Source: Octopus vulgaris | Taxonomy: Eukaryota | Reading direction: 5' to 3' | Assembly: GCA_951406725.2 (NCBI GenBank) | Contig: OX597833.1 | Location: 9,424,001 to 9,488,000, forward strand | Length of the DNA stretch: 64,000 bases | Part shown: positions 12,399 to 25,089 of the stretch, piece by piece | How the letters are laid out: each line of letters starts with the position of its first letter | How positions within the stretch are numbered: position 1 is the stretch's first letter | Notes under the pieces: generated by a model | The model's input: the letters and a program-made list of their open reading frames with translations, nothing else | Database searches by the model: none | Told to the model about the DNA's origin: nothing | Translations under genes and position numbers: made by a program

Positions 12399-12408
12399 CA
12401 AAGTCTAC
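12399..12408 (-). CDS. 10-nt micro-exon of the C4-like gene (VDF)
   Basis: tttttatttatgcag|GTA GAC TTT G|gtaaga; strong acceptor and donor; phase 0 to 1 completes the Glu codon with exon 7827-7846. Confidence 0.65.
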
Positions 12409-12888
12409 CTGCATAAATAAAAACCAGTAAATTTTAATCTATTTCTCAAGAATACTTTTTCATATATTTTTCTAATTTTAAAACAACATTCGATATATTA
12501 TAAAAACTTTATCTTCTCCATCTCCGACAAGCGGAAGAATTGTCTATCAATGTGTATCAACAATAGATTCCCTTATAACGATATTACTTTTGTGAAACGA
12601 TCGTAAGATGCATTAATTAACAAATTTTTTAAACTGTCATGTTTCATATATTTATAAATATCTTTAATACAATACTATTTTAGACACATATCTTCGTGAG
12701 GAATTTTTTTGATATTAAATTTCATGCTATCATTTCAAAATACAGTATATATAATCGCTTGTATTAATGTCTAAATACTTTATAGTATTAATATTTTTGA
12801 CATTTTATACAAAGAGAACTCATAAATTCAGTGTATAATATTCTAGCAGAATATATCTAACTAATGATATATATCTATATATATAATA

Positions 12889-13066
12889 GTGTGTAAGAAT
12901 TTATACACAGAGAAGACCACCATGTAGACTTCTTACATGCTAGAGAGGGCAGTCAAGCCCCAAACCACGAAAAAAGCATTCTTACTTTTAGCACAAAAGA
13001 ATGCTTCTTTTCGTGGTTTGGTTTTGACTGTCCATCTAGCATGTGTATAAATTCTTACCATTATAT
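12889..13066. repeat. Fold-back element related to 53-335
   Basis: acatgctaga...caaaccacgaaaaaagcattctt mirrored by aagaatgcttcttttcgtggtttg...tctagcatgt; the same motifs occur at 255-297. Confidence 0.7.
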
Positions 13067-13127
13067 TATAAAAATATTTATCTTCTGACTTTTATTATGC
13101 ATGCTAACCACTTGTATAAATTATAGT

Positions 13128-13510
13128 GGAGGCGCAATGGCCCAGTGGTTAGGGCAGCGGACTCGCGGTCATAGGATCGCAGTTTCGATTCCCAGACCGG
13201 GCGTTGTGAGTGTTTATTGAGCGAAAACACCTAAAGCTCCACGAGGGTCCGGCAGGGATGGTGGTGATCCTTACTGTACTCTTTCACCACAACTTTCTCT
13301 CACTCTTACTTCCTGTTTCTGTTGTACCTGTATTTCAAAGGGCCGGCCTTGTCACTCTCTGTGTCACGCTGAATATCCCCGAGAACTACGTTAAGGGTAC
13401 ACGTGTCTGTGGAGTGCTCAGCCACTTACACGTTAATTTCACGAGCAGGCTGTTCCGTTGATCGGATCAACCGGAACCCTCGTCGACGTAACCGACGGAG
13501 TGCTTCCTCT
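13128..13510 (+). mobile_element. Full-length tRNA-derived SINE
   Basis: A box tggcccagtgg, B box gtttcgattcc, body, tail ending gacggagtgc plus A-rich run; head and body shared with the SINE at 42091-42400. Confidence 0.85.
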
Positions 13511-13546
13511 CTAAAAAAAAGTATAAATTATTAATTTAATAATTGT

Positions 13547-13609
<63 letters not shown>

Positions 13610-13611
<2 letters not shown>

Positions 13612-15979
13612 AGCAGAATTGCTCGGCGATGCTCGGGGTTGAATTGCTTGAAAGTACTGTTAATGATTGCACTGAATTATGATGATTATTCAGGCAAATA
13701 TTGATATAAGTTTACGGTGGGAGATAAGGACTTAACGATCAAACGTGTGCCATTGCATTGTTTTGGGGGAACCAAATTTCTAATGAGCATTATAGGGGCA
13801 CCAACTTTAAGTTTAAGAATGTGTGGTGGTAGTCCGGGGGGCTCAAAGGAATTGAGTATCTCTATTGGATAGTTGATGACGACCTCTGGGTCAGGAGTTG
13901 TATCGATAGACTTATATACATAGACATCCCCAGGAATGAGTTTTAGCATTTCATCATTAATATGGTGAACAGTTTTATTCCTCGGGGCCAGAATAGCCCT
14001 TTGGCCAATACAATCCATATTCTGATAATTAGCTTGTAGATTTGGGAACACTGCATCTCTGAGATCAGAAGGCGTTTTAACAATGGTACAAATGGAATCG
14101 ATGGCAATATTACCATTTTCATCCCCTGGTATTTTGCCTTCGCCAAGTGTAAGGAGGGTGTGAGAAAATGCTGCTGATGTGATATTACGTCGCATATGAG
14201 CACATATATTGATGTGAAGTTTGAGAGTCTTCACCAGTGGCCACAATGTGGATGACTTAAGACACGCACTTACTGCATCAGTTCTAGTCCCTTTGGGAAT
14301 AACGGGAAGTGTTTGTCGGAAGTCCCCTGAAAGAAGAAGTGTTATGCCTCCCATGGGAGCTGAAGAGTGTTTGATGTCTCTGAGAGATCTATCTAGTGCC
14401 TCAAGAGCACGTCTGCGGGCCATCGTGCATTCATCCCAAACGATAAGCTTGCATCGTTTGAAGACTTCTGCCTGATCGGAGCTGTTACTGATGCTGCAAG
14501 TTGTGTCTCAGTCTTCGCTAAGTCAAGCGGGAGCTTGAAAGTGGAGTGAGCTGTCCTGCCGCCTGGCAACAAAGTAGCCGCAATTCCAGATGATGCCACA
14601 GCTAGGGCAATGCCTTGTGTTCGCCTAATCTCAGCCAATATTAATTTGTTGAGAAAAGTTTTCCCAGTGCCCCCAGGAGCGTCCAGGAAAAATATTCCCA
14701 CAGCTTTGGCCCGGACTGAATTAACAACGGAGTTGTAAGCGAACTTCTGTTCTGGAAGGAGCTTTGGCTCATTTTCGGCTATGTACTTGGCAAGCTCGTC
14801 AACATTAAAACATGTCTCACGCAGCAAATGTGAAGACAGAGTGTTTGTGCCTTCCCGGTTTGTTGAAGGTAGGCCATAGACCGGCAAGGCACTAACGCCC
14901 ATATCAAGTACAGTATCTTCGAACGTAGTTTGTTACCACACAGCCACACCTGCCCCTATGTATGTGTGTGTGTGTGTACGTGTGTGTGTATGGGTAGATA
15001 TATTATGCATGTATATATGTGTATATATATATGTGTACATATTACATGTACATCTATATATATATACATCTACACATAAAATACAAAATAGAAAGTTATA
15101 TCTTGATATCGCGAGTGATAACAATACTCAAAATATATAACAGACTGGAATTGTAGGCCCGTCTCTTGCAATTTCGATCAATTGGATCTTGTATAGAAGT
15201 GTACGGCTGCAGCGAAATTCATTTTTGGACTTTCTTCTATCGAAGGCATTTTAACAAAAATGCTTCCGTAAAGACGGTGAAAATATTGTCAATTTCCCCA
15301 AACAGGGACACAATTCAATTTTAAAACAATGACCAAAGCCCCTTCTCCGAAAGGGGGAGGGTTACGATTTACAATTATTTAACAAATGCAACACAACAAC
15401 GTTTCCCTGACGAGGAACCAACAAACGTGATTACAATAGTCAAACAGTAATAATAATAACAACAAACCTTTTTAATGTATCCCCATTTATGTGAAACCAC
15501 TTATTCAAGTTCAAGTCATTGATGCAATTTTATACGAATTGCTAATACACACACATAATAAGGGTGAAAAATTGAATACTAATTTGATTAATATGAATTG
15601 AAAACCAGTGGTGTAGCATACAAGACCACAGAGGATCTTCTTCTAGCAAAAAGGATGACCAGTATTAATTGCTCATCCCTTTTATATAAATACTTTCACT
15701 TTAATTGTTGCACACTTGCAAAGAGAAAGGAGGAGAAAGTGTAGTGGTAATGGTAGGAGTGAAGCACTTGAAATGAATGAGGGAAATGGTAAAATATTTA
15801 CTTTTCTCGAATTTTTGCTTAATTGGGGGTGAAATTGAAAAAACTTTACATGCCACGACCCGATGGAATCTACTTGTAAAAATGATAGGTAAATTCCAAT
15901 TGAAAAAATTCTATATTGTAGAATTGTATAAAAAACGAACGATTTGGGAGGCAGAGAAAATCTGCCTTTTATCATAAGA
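13610..15979 (-). mobile_element. Non-autonomous Helitron (family A) carrying a PIF1 helicase fragment
   Basis: 5' TCTTATGATAAAAGGCAG at 15979; 3' hairpin ccccgagcatcgccgagc followed by CTGG|T at 13610; no Rep domain seen. Confidence 0.85.
13686..14902 (-). pseudogene. Helitron PIF1-family helicase fragment, frameshifted
   Basis: FFLDAPGGTGKTF (Walker A), VASSGIAATLLPGGRTAHSTFKLP, GDFRQTLPV, AILAPRN, LKVGAPIMLIRN...CNGTRL; frameshift near 14500. Confidence 0.92.
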
Positions 15980-16375
15980 CTAGCAGTATCGCCCGGCGTT
16001 GCTCGGGTTTGTAAGGGAAATAACTATATAAGCATTTTTAGAGAGTTATAGCCAAAAAATAGCAACAAAATGCATTAAAAATTGAAAAAAGATTAAGGTA
16101 ATTTTCTTTTAAATCGTTGACACATCGTAGATATTTTTAGAAAGTTACTTCCCTTATATAATAACGAAAAATATGCATTAAAATGGAAAAATATGATGGT
16201 AATTTTTTTTAAATCGTAGACTCATCGTAGACGCGCGCTAATACCCAGAAGGGCTCGATATGAATCACGACTATAAGATACCCGCTTTTGGTTAAACTGC
16301 ACCGCAAAATGTGGGAGTAGTTACGAATCTAAATCGTAGGAGACAGACACACAACTTCACTTTTATATATAAAGA
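15980..16375 (-). mobile_element. Non-autonomous Helitron (family B), copy 1
   Basis: Minus strand A|TCTTTATATATAAAAG ... acccgagcaacgccggg hairpin, then CTAG|T. Confidence 0.88.
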
Positions 16376-16487
16376 TATAAGCCACGTAGTTATATACACA
16401 TACTTTGTTATATACACATTCTTAAAAGAAAATGTTATTTTGAACACAACATTTACAAAGAATAAAATATTTTTTGGTTTTTCTTAA

Positions 16488-19400
16488 CCCTTTCGTTACT
16501 ATATTTCTGACCAAAATACACCCCTTATGTGTTTCAATGAATTTCTAACGTAATCATAAATTTAGTCTGGTTTCATTAAACAACTATAACTTTTTTATTT
16601 ATGAATATATTAATCTGATTTTTGGAAGATAATTTAGTGAAATGTTCTCAACCAATTCTATACCAATTCAATTAATTCTATAACCAATTCAATTAATCTT
16701 GAAATTCTAACCGAGGCTTCCGCGCTTCTGGACTGGCGATCCCTGATGACGTTGTCCTCAGTTGACGAACTATGGTCATTCCTCAAAGCATATGTAATCT
16801 GTTTGACTGACCAGGCAGTTCCCGTTGGGCTTCCTAAGAGGAAGAAACACAAGCCCTGGGTGACGAAGAAGGTTAAACGAGAACGTCGACTCAGAGATAT
16901 TGCTTGGGCTGAATTAAAAAATCTGGATTCGACTGCAGCTTTTAATGGTGTACAAAACTCAACGAGACCGAGCCGTGAAAATTGAAAAGAAAGAACGCTT
17001 CAGTTATGAATACAAAATCGCGGCAAATGCCAGTAGCAATTCAAAAACCTTCTTTGCCCATGTCCAGCGGAATTCCCGCTTGAACAACCAGATTGCAACG
17101 TTGGTAAACTCAACAGGCGTATCGATTGAGGACCCTTATCAACAGAGTCAATTATTTGCCGAGGCTTTTTCAACTATTTTCAAACAAGATGATGGTCGTG
17201 AACCCCCTCCATTTGATAGATCGGTACCTCCAATGCTTCGATTGATCATCACGCGGGACGAAGTCAAACGTGTTATTCAAGGCCTCGATGTCAACAAGGG
17301 TCACGGCCCTGACGGCATACACCCACGGGTTATCAAAGCGTTGGCTCCGGTCATCTGCGAGCCCTTAACACGACTATTCAATATGTCATTGGCGACGGGT
17401 GTTATACCTGCAGACTGGAGAACAGCGATAATCTGCCCAATTTTCAAGAAAGGGAGCTGCGAAGACCCGCTTAACTAACGACCGGTTTCCCTTACATCAA
17501 TAATCAGCAAGATGTTCGAAACCATCCTTAAGAAAAGTATGATGCTCCACCTCCTAAACACAGCCTCGATAACTGATTCCCAACACGGCTTCGTGCCGAA
17601 GAGATCATGCTTGACCAACTTACTAGTAATGGAAGAATTGGTGACGAGCATCCTCGATGATAGTGATGCTGTTGACATCGTTTTATTGGACTTTGCCAAA
17701 GCTTTTGACTCGGTAAACCACCGCCTACTACTTGTCAAGCTTCAAGCATATAGTTTCCACCCGGATATTGTACGATGGGTTGGTGCCTTCCTCTCAGATC
17801 GCTCCTTCCAAGTTCAAGTTAATAGTTCGCGGTCCGACGTCTCCAGTGCGAGCAGTGGCGTGCCTCAAGGTTCAGTGCTTGGGCCCTTGTTGTTCTTAGT
17901 CTTCATAAATGACTTGCCCGACGACCTCACGCAACACACCCTTCTATTTGCCGACGATATCAAACTGGTCGCTCCTCGCGGTAGTATAGAGGATCTTCGT
18001 CGATGCCTCCACCAAATTTGGAAGTGGTCTAACGATTGGGACCTGTGTCTGAACGTGTCAAAGTGCTGTCATCTGCCTGTCGGCTCTACTCCTGCAACTC
18101 AACTTGATTTCGAGCCGGGTCGTCTGCTGCTGGAGATGACCGATCAGGTAAAGGACCTGGGTATCTTGGTGGATTCCTCCTTTTCGCCTTCGGCCCAGTG
18201 CGTCCATGCTGCCAACAAAGCGCGCGGAATTCTGTTTTTGATTCGACGGTCATTCGGAATGCTCACAGCAGCCATATTCCTGCCACTCTATGTCACGCTG
18301 GTGAGACCCATATTGGAGTATGGGATTCAAGCCTCTTCTCCTTATCTCCTCAAAGACATACAGCATCTCGAAAGAGTCCAGAGGCTGGCTACCCGCATGG
18401 TTCATGGTCTCAAAAATTTGTCCTACGAAGAAAGGCTGAGGACGCTCGACCTTTATTCTCTTGAAAAACGCCGCCGCCGTGGTGATCTCATTCTCGCCCA
18501 CAACATCATAAGCGGGAAGTGTAACCTCTCGAAAGAGCTGTTCTTCACTCCTGCTCCGGAGCGTCGGCTGCGGGGTCATTCCGAAAAGCTCTACCTGCGA
18601 CGATTTCATCTCAATCGAAGGAGAGGAGCTTTCTCCGTCCGGGTTGCGGATCCGTGGAACAAGCTGCCAGACGAGATGGTGAAGATGCCGACGACCGCTT
18701 TGTTCAAAGCCTCCCTGGACCTCAAGTGGCCTGAACTCTTTACATGAACACCACCCTGTACTTAACTCCATGTCCCCCTACATGGCCTTGCTATTTGCTT
18801 TTGAGCCAAATTAACTAACTAACTAACTAACTAACTATACTATAATTTTTGTCACAAAGTGACTCTAATTGCAGGTAGATACAGGTAAATTCAACAATAT
18901 ATAAAATTATTAAAATTTTGTTCAAACATCGCTATAAAAAATGGGTTATTAGCTAATATTCAATTGGGTATACAACAAAATTTTACGCTAGAATTTGTTA
19001 TTCTGGGTAACTTTCTAATACCCATAATAATATTTATGGCAAAATAGGCCTTAATTTCATTTAAGGTTGTGGGAAATAACAAACTATCGTTTCTTTCGCT
19101 TTGTTTAGGTTGAACGTAACAGTTCGTTTCCGCCGTAATGATTTCAAATAGGCTCATTCGAAAAAGTAAAAAGAAATAGTCTAAGGCTTTACTCTTCTGG
19201 GAAAGTCTGTGGCTTGGTCCAGTTTCTTCAGAAAAATCACCGAAAGAAACAGTTTTTAAATTTTCACTCCATTCAGGTGCCAAATCATTTTCTTTATCGC
19301 TGTCGGAGATCTCAGATTCACTGTTTTCAATTTCGGAAAATGAAACATCAGATTCATTATCAAATACCACATGCTTTTTTTTTTCAGTCATAGAGTTAGA

Positions 19401-19731
19401 TTTATGAAGGTCTTCTGTAGAAAATCCTTCGAATTCTGACTCGCTGCTTGATATAATGAAATTCGTATCCATTTTTTGTCAGAATTACAAATTTTGAAAA
19501 CACAATAGTAACAAATTTCGGAAAAAAATCTCCCATAATTCACGGAATTAAAATTACACTTCGATTTTTGTACAAAACTGTAGTTGAACTGTTTACGAAG
19601 TATAATACGTGTTTTCACGATTGTTCTAAAGAGATTTACTCTGATATTCTCATTTAAATATGAATAGGTAAATTCGGGCGACTTTGTCACATTAACCAAA
19701 ATTTTTTTCGGGCGGTTTGGTAACGAAAGGG
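16488..19731 (-). mobile_element. Internally deleted piggyBac transposon
   Basis: TTAA at 16484-16487 and 19732-19735; TIRs CCCTTTCGTTAC / GTAACGAAAGGG; ORF 18960-19472 is a transposase N-terminus (acidic tract, ALDYFFLLF, ITAETNCY, EIKAYFAINIIMGI). Confidence 0.92.
16712..18836 (+). mobile_element. 5'-truncated CR1-group LINE nested in the piggyBac
   Basis: RT motifs GPDGIHP, QHGF, DFAKAFDSV, GVPQGSVLGPLLF, FADD; one frameshift (about 16950) and one in-frame stop (17476-17478); (TAAC)n 3' tail. Confidence 0.93.
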
Positions 19732-20109
19732 TTAAATGGATGCATACATTTATTAATAACTATATATAAGTGTCATCTGTTTATACATAAACACTGTTTC
19801 ATACTGCAATTATATATACATATATCTATATATAATATTATATAATAAAATATATACAAAGTAAAATAAAAACCAATTTAGCTTTTCTGTATTGTTATTC
19901 GACCGTCCGTGTGTCTTTGCAAATGTGTTGGAATGATAAGTGAGTTGTGTTTTGGCGCCTTTTTTACTAATAACAAACACACACGTGTTTGTATGTAGTT
20001 GTTTGAAACGTTTGTGTTTGCCACTCTCATATATGTATGTGTATGCGTGTGTGTGACGAATGACACACACACACTCACGCACGCACACATGTACATCAAT
20101 GAATTTATG

Positions 20110-20452
20110 AGCGTCATAGAGAGAAACAAATATTACATCGACATCGCATTCTATTGTCTACCTGTCAACACACACCCAGTGAATTAGTTTCACTTTATTC
20201 GTTGCACACTGTGTGTGTGCGTTTGCGTGTGCTGTAAACCAGACTAAGAAAAGCATTTGACATACACACCAGAATGTGAGTTTTCTGTAAATTTTGCTTA
20301 ATTGGAGTTTAAATTTTAAAAACTGGACCTGGCATGCCCCTATGCATTCTACTCTTAAAAATGCTAGGTAAATTGTAATTGAAGAAATCCTATATTGTAG
20401 ATTTCTATAAGTGACAAAAGGAGGCAGATAAAATCTGCCTTTTATAATAAGA
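20110..20452 (-). mobile_element. Helitron family A 5' portion (second near-identical copy at 22105-22442)
   Basis: Ends aaatctgccttttataataaga (minus-strand TC start) like 15958-15979; 20120-20452 and 22110-22442 align closely. Confidence 0.75.
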
Positions 20453-20847
20453 CTAGCAGTATCGCCCGGCGTTGCTCGGGTTTGTAAGGGAAATAATTAT
20501 ATAAGCATGTTTAGAGATGTAAAGTATAATAGCCATCTCAATATGGCTAACCACAAAGGGGGAGGGGTGTTACTGTAGCTTTTTACGTTCTGAGATTTAA
20601 TAATAAATTTTAGAGAGTTACTTCTCTTATATATGTCAACAATGGATTAAAAATGGGAAAAATTGATTGTAAATTTTTTTTTAAATCGTAGACTCATCGT
20701 AGACGCGCGCTAATACCCAGACGGTCTCGATATGAATCACGACTATAAGATACCCGGTTTTGGCTAAACTGCACCGCAAAATGTGGGAGTAGTTAGGAAT
20801 CTAAATCGTAGGAGACAGACACACAACCTCACTTTTATATATAAAGA
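20453..20847 (-). mobile_element. Non-autonomous Helitron (family B), copy 2
   Basis: Same termini and hairpin as 15980-16375, with internal indel differences. Confidence 0.88.
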
Positions 20848-20909
20848 TTTCCTCTATTTACATAATATTGAGGTCTCTTTCTTTCTTTTGTTATCTTACT
20901 GTTTTACCA

Positions 20910-20980
<71 letters not shown>

Positions 20981-20987
20981 TATATAT

Positions 20988-21310
20988 AGTTACAGAGATG
21001 TACTTGCATAGCAAGTGACTTGATCTGAGATCGTGTGCTGGAACGAAAACAGTTGCAGCGTTGAAGGTGTTTATAAGCCATTTAAGAAACACACAAAAAC
21101 CGTTAGATTCACTTCAACATTTAAATTTAATTTGTCAAAATATTTTCGTCGCTTTGAGACCGCGACCTGTTAGCACGATATTTTTGTCAGTGAACAGGTC
21201 GCGGTCTCAAAGCGAGAAAATATTTTGGCAAATTAAATTTAAATGTTGAAGTGAATCTAACGGTTTTTGTGTGTTTCTTAAATGGCTTACAAACACCTTC
21301 CACGCTGCAA
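20988..21310. mobile_element. Fold-back element centred on a G3:C8 hammerhead motif
   Basis: 21052-21171 is mirrored by 21193-21310; right arm has tttgtca-GTGAACA-ggtcgc...; the longer left arm is the reverse complement of 12133-12312; flanked by (TA)n. Confidence 0.85.
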
Positions 21311-21328
21311 TATATATATACACACACA

Positions 21329-21363
<35 letters not shown>

Positions 21364-21679
21364 GTGTATATGTGTATGCATGTATGTGTGTGTGTGTGCG
21401 TGTCTGTGCTTGTGATTGTCCTCCACCACTGCTTGACAACGAATGTTGGTTTGTTTACATCCCTGTCACCTAGTGGTTTGACAAAGGAAACAGATAGAAT
21501 AAGTACAATGCTTACAAAAATAAAACTGGAGTTGATTCATTAAACTACAATTCTTCAAGGCATTGCCCCAGCATGGCCACAGACCAATGGCTGGAAAAAG
21601 CAGAAGAATAAAAGAATACATTCTCTGCTTTGGTCTTATGTTCAAGGCATGAGAAAGCTTGAGTTTACATGAGAAGGCC

Positions 21680-21965
21680 TAACAGACCTGGTAGAAACAG
21701 CAGCCAAATCTCCCTCAAATCACACCTTACTGTCTTATGTATGTATATATATATGAGCCAATGAGGGGGACCTCTACATGGTAGCTAGACCTGGTAGAAA
21801 TAGCAGCCAAATTTCCCCCAAATCACACCTTACTGTCTTATCTATGTATATATGTATGTATGAGCCTATGAGGGAGACCCCTACATGGCAGCTAGACATG
21901 GTAGAAATAGCAGCTAAATCTCCCTCAAATCACACCTTACTGTCTTATGTATGTATATATATATA
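21680..21965. repeat. Three tandem units of about 105 bp
   Basis: agacctggtagaaa(c/t)agcagccaaatctccctcaaatcacaccttactgtcttat recurs at about 21685, 21787 and 21895. Confidence 0.85.
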
Positions 21966-22449
21966 TATACAAGCCACTACGGTTATTTAATGTAAAGTCT
22001 TCCTCAAATCACTCTCGCTATTTACTCTCTTCCAAGAACATTTTCACTCACTCTTATCTCTTAGCTTGCCATACATTTTACTCATGTATCTATCAGCGTG
22101 ATAGACAGAAACAAATATTACATCGCCATCGCCATCGCATTCTATTGTCTACCTGTCAACACACACACAGTGAATTACTTTCATTTTATTCGTTGCACAC
22201 TGTGTGAGTGCGTGTGCGTGTGGTGTAAACCACATTAAGAAAAGCATTTGACATACACACCAGAATGTGAGTTTTCTGTAAATTTTGCTTAATTGGAGTT
22301 TAAATTTTAAAAACTTGACCTGGCATGACCCGATGCATTCTACTCTTAAAAATGCTAGGTAAATTGTAATTGAAGAAATCCTATATTGTAGATTTCTATA
22401 ACTGACAAAGGGAAGCAGATAAAATCTGCTTTTATAATAAGAGATAATA

Positions 22450-22486
<37 letters not shown>

Positions 22487-22708
22487 CCAAAATGTATTGT
22501 ATTAGATATCCATCACTACTGATCTTACCAACCGGTTTTGCGTAAAGAATACAATGATTATATAACTTTACACTCATCAGAGAGTTAGAAGAGAATATGG
22601 CAACTGATCAGCCGTGATGGATATCTAATACTCTACATTTCAGACAATATACCCACTGATATACAAGTGCATCTTTCCCGTGACTTATGGTCTCTTAGAC
22701 AGCTCACG

Positions 22709-22766
<58 letters not shown>

Positions 22767-22769
22767 TTT

Positions 22770-23530
22770 CATTCTTTGGCATGAAAGTATAGAGAGACTT
22801 AAAGAATTTCAAGCACTTATAAATGGACTTGACGTAAACATTCAATTCACGATGGAATATACCCATCAACGACTTCCCTTCTTCGACACCCTCATCAAGA
22901 AATCCAACAACGTAATAGAAACAGATATATAAGCCCGCGGACTCCATGCAATATCTACCGTTCAACTCATGCCACCCCAGACACACCAGAATGAATATCC
23001 CCTTCAACCTAGCAATAAGGATATGTACTATAGTTTCTAATGCAAACACCAGAGACATACGACTACATGAACTAAAGGATAGACTCATCACCAGGAACTA
23101 ACAATCACTAATTGACATATGGTTTCAACGTGCCCTACAACTCAACATCCACGAACTCAGACATCCCAAATTAAAGAAGGATTTACAACCAAAAGCCCTA
23201 CCATACATCTCCCACACACAACCCTCTTAACAATGAAGCCTTCGCCACCATCCTTCAAAATATTCTCAGGACCACAGAATGAACTTAATCCTCCAAACAC
23301 AATATCATAAAAATCAAGAGAGAACTGAAATCTATGAAAAGTCTCCTAACACAAGCTCGAATACGCTCAACAAAATCACTGAAGACGCCAGTAAAAAAAA
23401 GGCGGAAGACCCAACTGTGGGATATGCGTCAATTTAATTGAGGGATCAGAATTCTCCTTCAAATAGGGACAACATTTCACAGTGAAAAGCAGCTTCACAT
23501 GTGTTTCGGAGAACCTGATATACGCACTAT
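22770..23530 (+). mobile_element. Degenerate Penelope-like fragment, related to 1160-2520
   Basis: NIQFTMEY...LPFFD; QYLPFNSCHPRHTRMNIPFNLAIRICTIVS; GRPNCGICVNLIEGSEF; ends where the Tc1 element begins. Confidence 0.85.
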
Positions 23531-23541
23531 GGGTGTGGGTA

Positions 23542-24706
23542 CATAGACATAACAGAAGTAAACAGACACTCCATAAAACATCGTTTTATGTCTATTCTAA
23601 CCTGTAAAGGTTTATATTTTTTATTAATTGACATTTTTATGTTTCAGGTTTTATTTGTGATTGTCTAGATATACAATGTACAAAAGAGGCCTTGAAACTG
23701 TCTGAATTTCGAAAAGGCTGTACTGTGGATCATTCTGAAGGTGAACATAGCGTAAAATTGCAGAAAACCTTGCGATCCCGCTTTCTACAATTAGTAGAGT
23801 GATAGTGCGATTCACCAGAGAGGGGAAGAAGTCCACATCACCTCGCCCAGCTCAACCAGGGCCCTCTGACAGGACCCTTCTCTTTGCTAAGAGAAATGTA
23901 GAGGATAATCCTTGTGGTAAGTCCTCTGGCATAACAGAACAAGTTGACGTCCGTCCCAGAACAGCTGTCAGCTATCTCCACAAACTTGGTTAGTATGACA
24001 GAGCAGCAAGAAGGAAGCCATTTCTTTGACCAGCCAACATCAAGCAGAAAAAAATGAGATGGTGGCGAGGCCACTAGCATTTTGGGACAAGCATATTCTC
24101 TGATGAGTCCAGACTTACTGTATTTCCTGACAGTAGTCGAGTGTGGGTCTGGAGACTCTGTGATTAAGAATTTGATGTGAAAAGATTGCAGTCAACAAAG
24201 AAACACGGGAGCTATTCTGTGATGGTCTGGGGAGCAATTTGGAGCTGGTGAAGTGTGACGGAAACATAAACTCAGATGTGTCCATATTGCAAAAAAGATT
24301 CTTTCCAATCTTTTCCAGAGGTAAAACGATTAAAGAAGTCTATTTATGGAAGATGGAGCTCCTTGTCACACGGCTAAAATGACCCAAGATTTGTTGGATG
24401 AAAATGATATTAAAAATCTTCCATGGCCTAGGTATGAACACTGCTGAACACCTCTGGGACATAATGCACATGCCACTTCATAAAAAGAACAAGAAAGCAT
24501 CTTCAAAGCCAGATTTTTTGAGATAATTGCATGAAACTTGGCCAGAAATTCCGCAAGAGAATATTCGTCATCTGATCAGTAACATGCCTAATGAAAAATG
24601 CAAAGGGCATGTCTACTAAATACCAAATTTTCACATGATAATTTGAATGTATAATTTCAGATTTAAATAAATTTTAATGATTATAAGGGTGTCTATTTAC
24701 TTCTGT

Positions 24707-24716
<10 letters not shown>
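23542..24716 (+). mobile_element. Degenerate Tc1/mariner transposon
   Basis: TA then TIR cataacagaagtaaacagacac, mirrored by gtgtctatttacttctgtcatg; transposase motifs FSDESR, KHGSYSVMVWGAI, MEDGAPCHTAK, LPWP. Confidence 0.88.
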
Positions 24717-24762
<46 letters not shown>

Positions 24763-25038
24763 CGTGCGTGTATATGCATGTATATGAATGCCTGTATGTA
24801 GCTTGTAATCTAGAAGAGAACATATGTCAAGCAATTGTTTTGGTTATTTCAAGCTGGTTGTATATGCATCTAACTGGCCTTGTCTCTCTGTGTGGCCATC
24901 GTTTTTATTGGCTACTTGCTAAATACCATTTTGTTAGTGTGATGTATTTTAGATTTTTGTCGTGTTATTGCTTTTTATTACATAATTCGGTTGTTTTGTC
25001 TCATCCGATTTTTTTATTACATCAAATTTCGCTAAAGT

Positions 25039-25089
<51 letters not shown>

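Noticed and set aside
13128-13205. tRNA gene
   Set aside because: A and B boxes are present, but the sequence continues into a SINE body; same for 3800, 37966 and 42400.
13686-14902. Host PIF1 helicase gene
   Set aside because: Intronless, frameshifted, truncated and enclosed by Helitron termini.
22149-22577. 142-aa ORF with ATG and a gtaag donor as first exon of the host gene
   Set aside because: Runs through a microsatellite and Helitron sequence, has no signal-peptide character, and its phase 1 donor does not fit the phase 0 exon at 12408.
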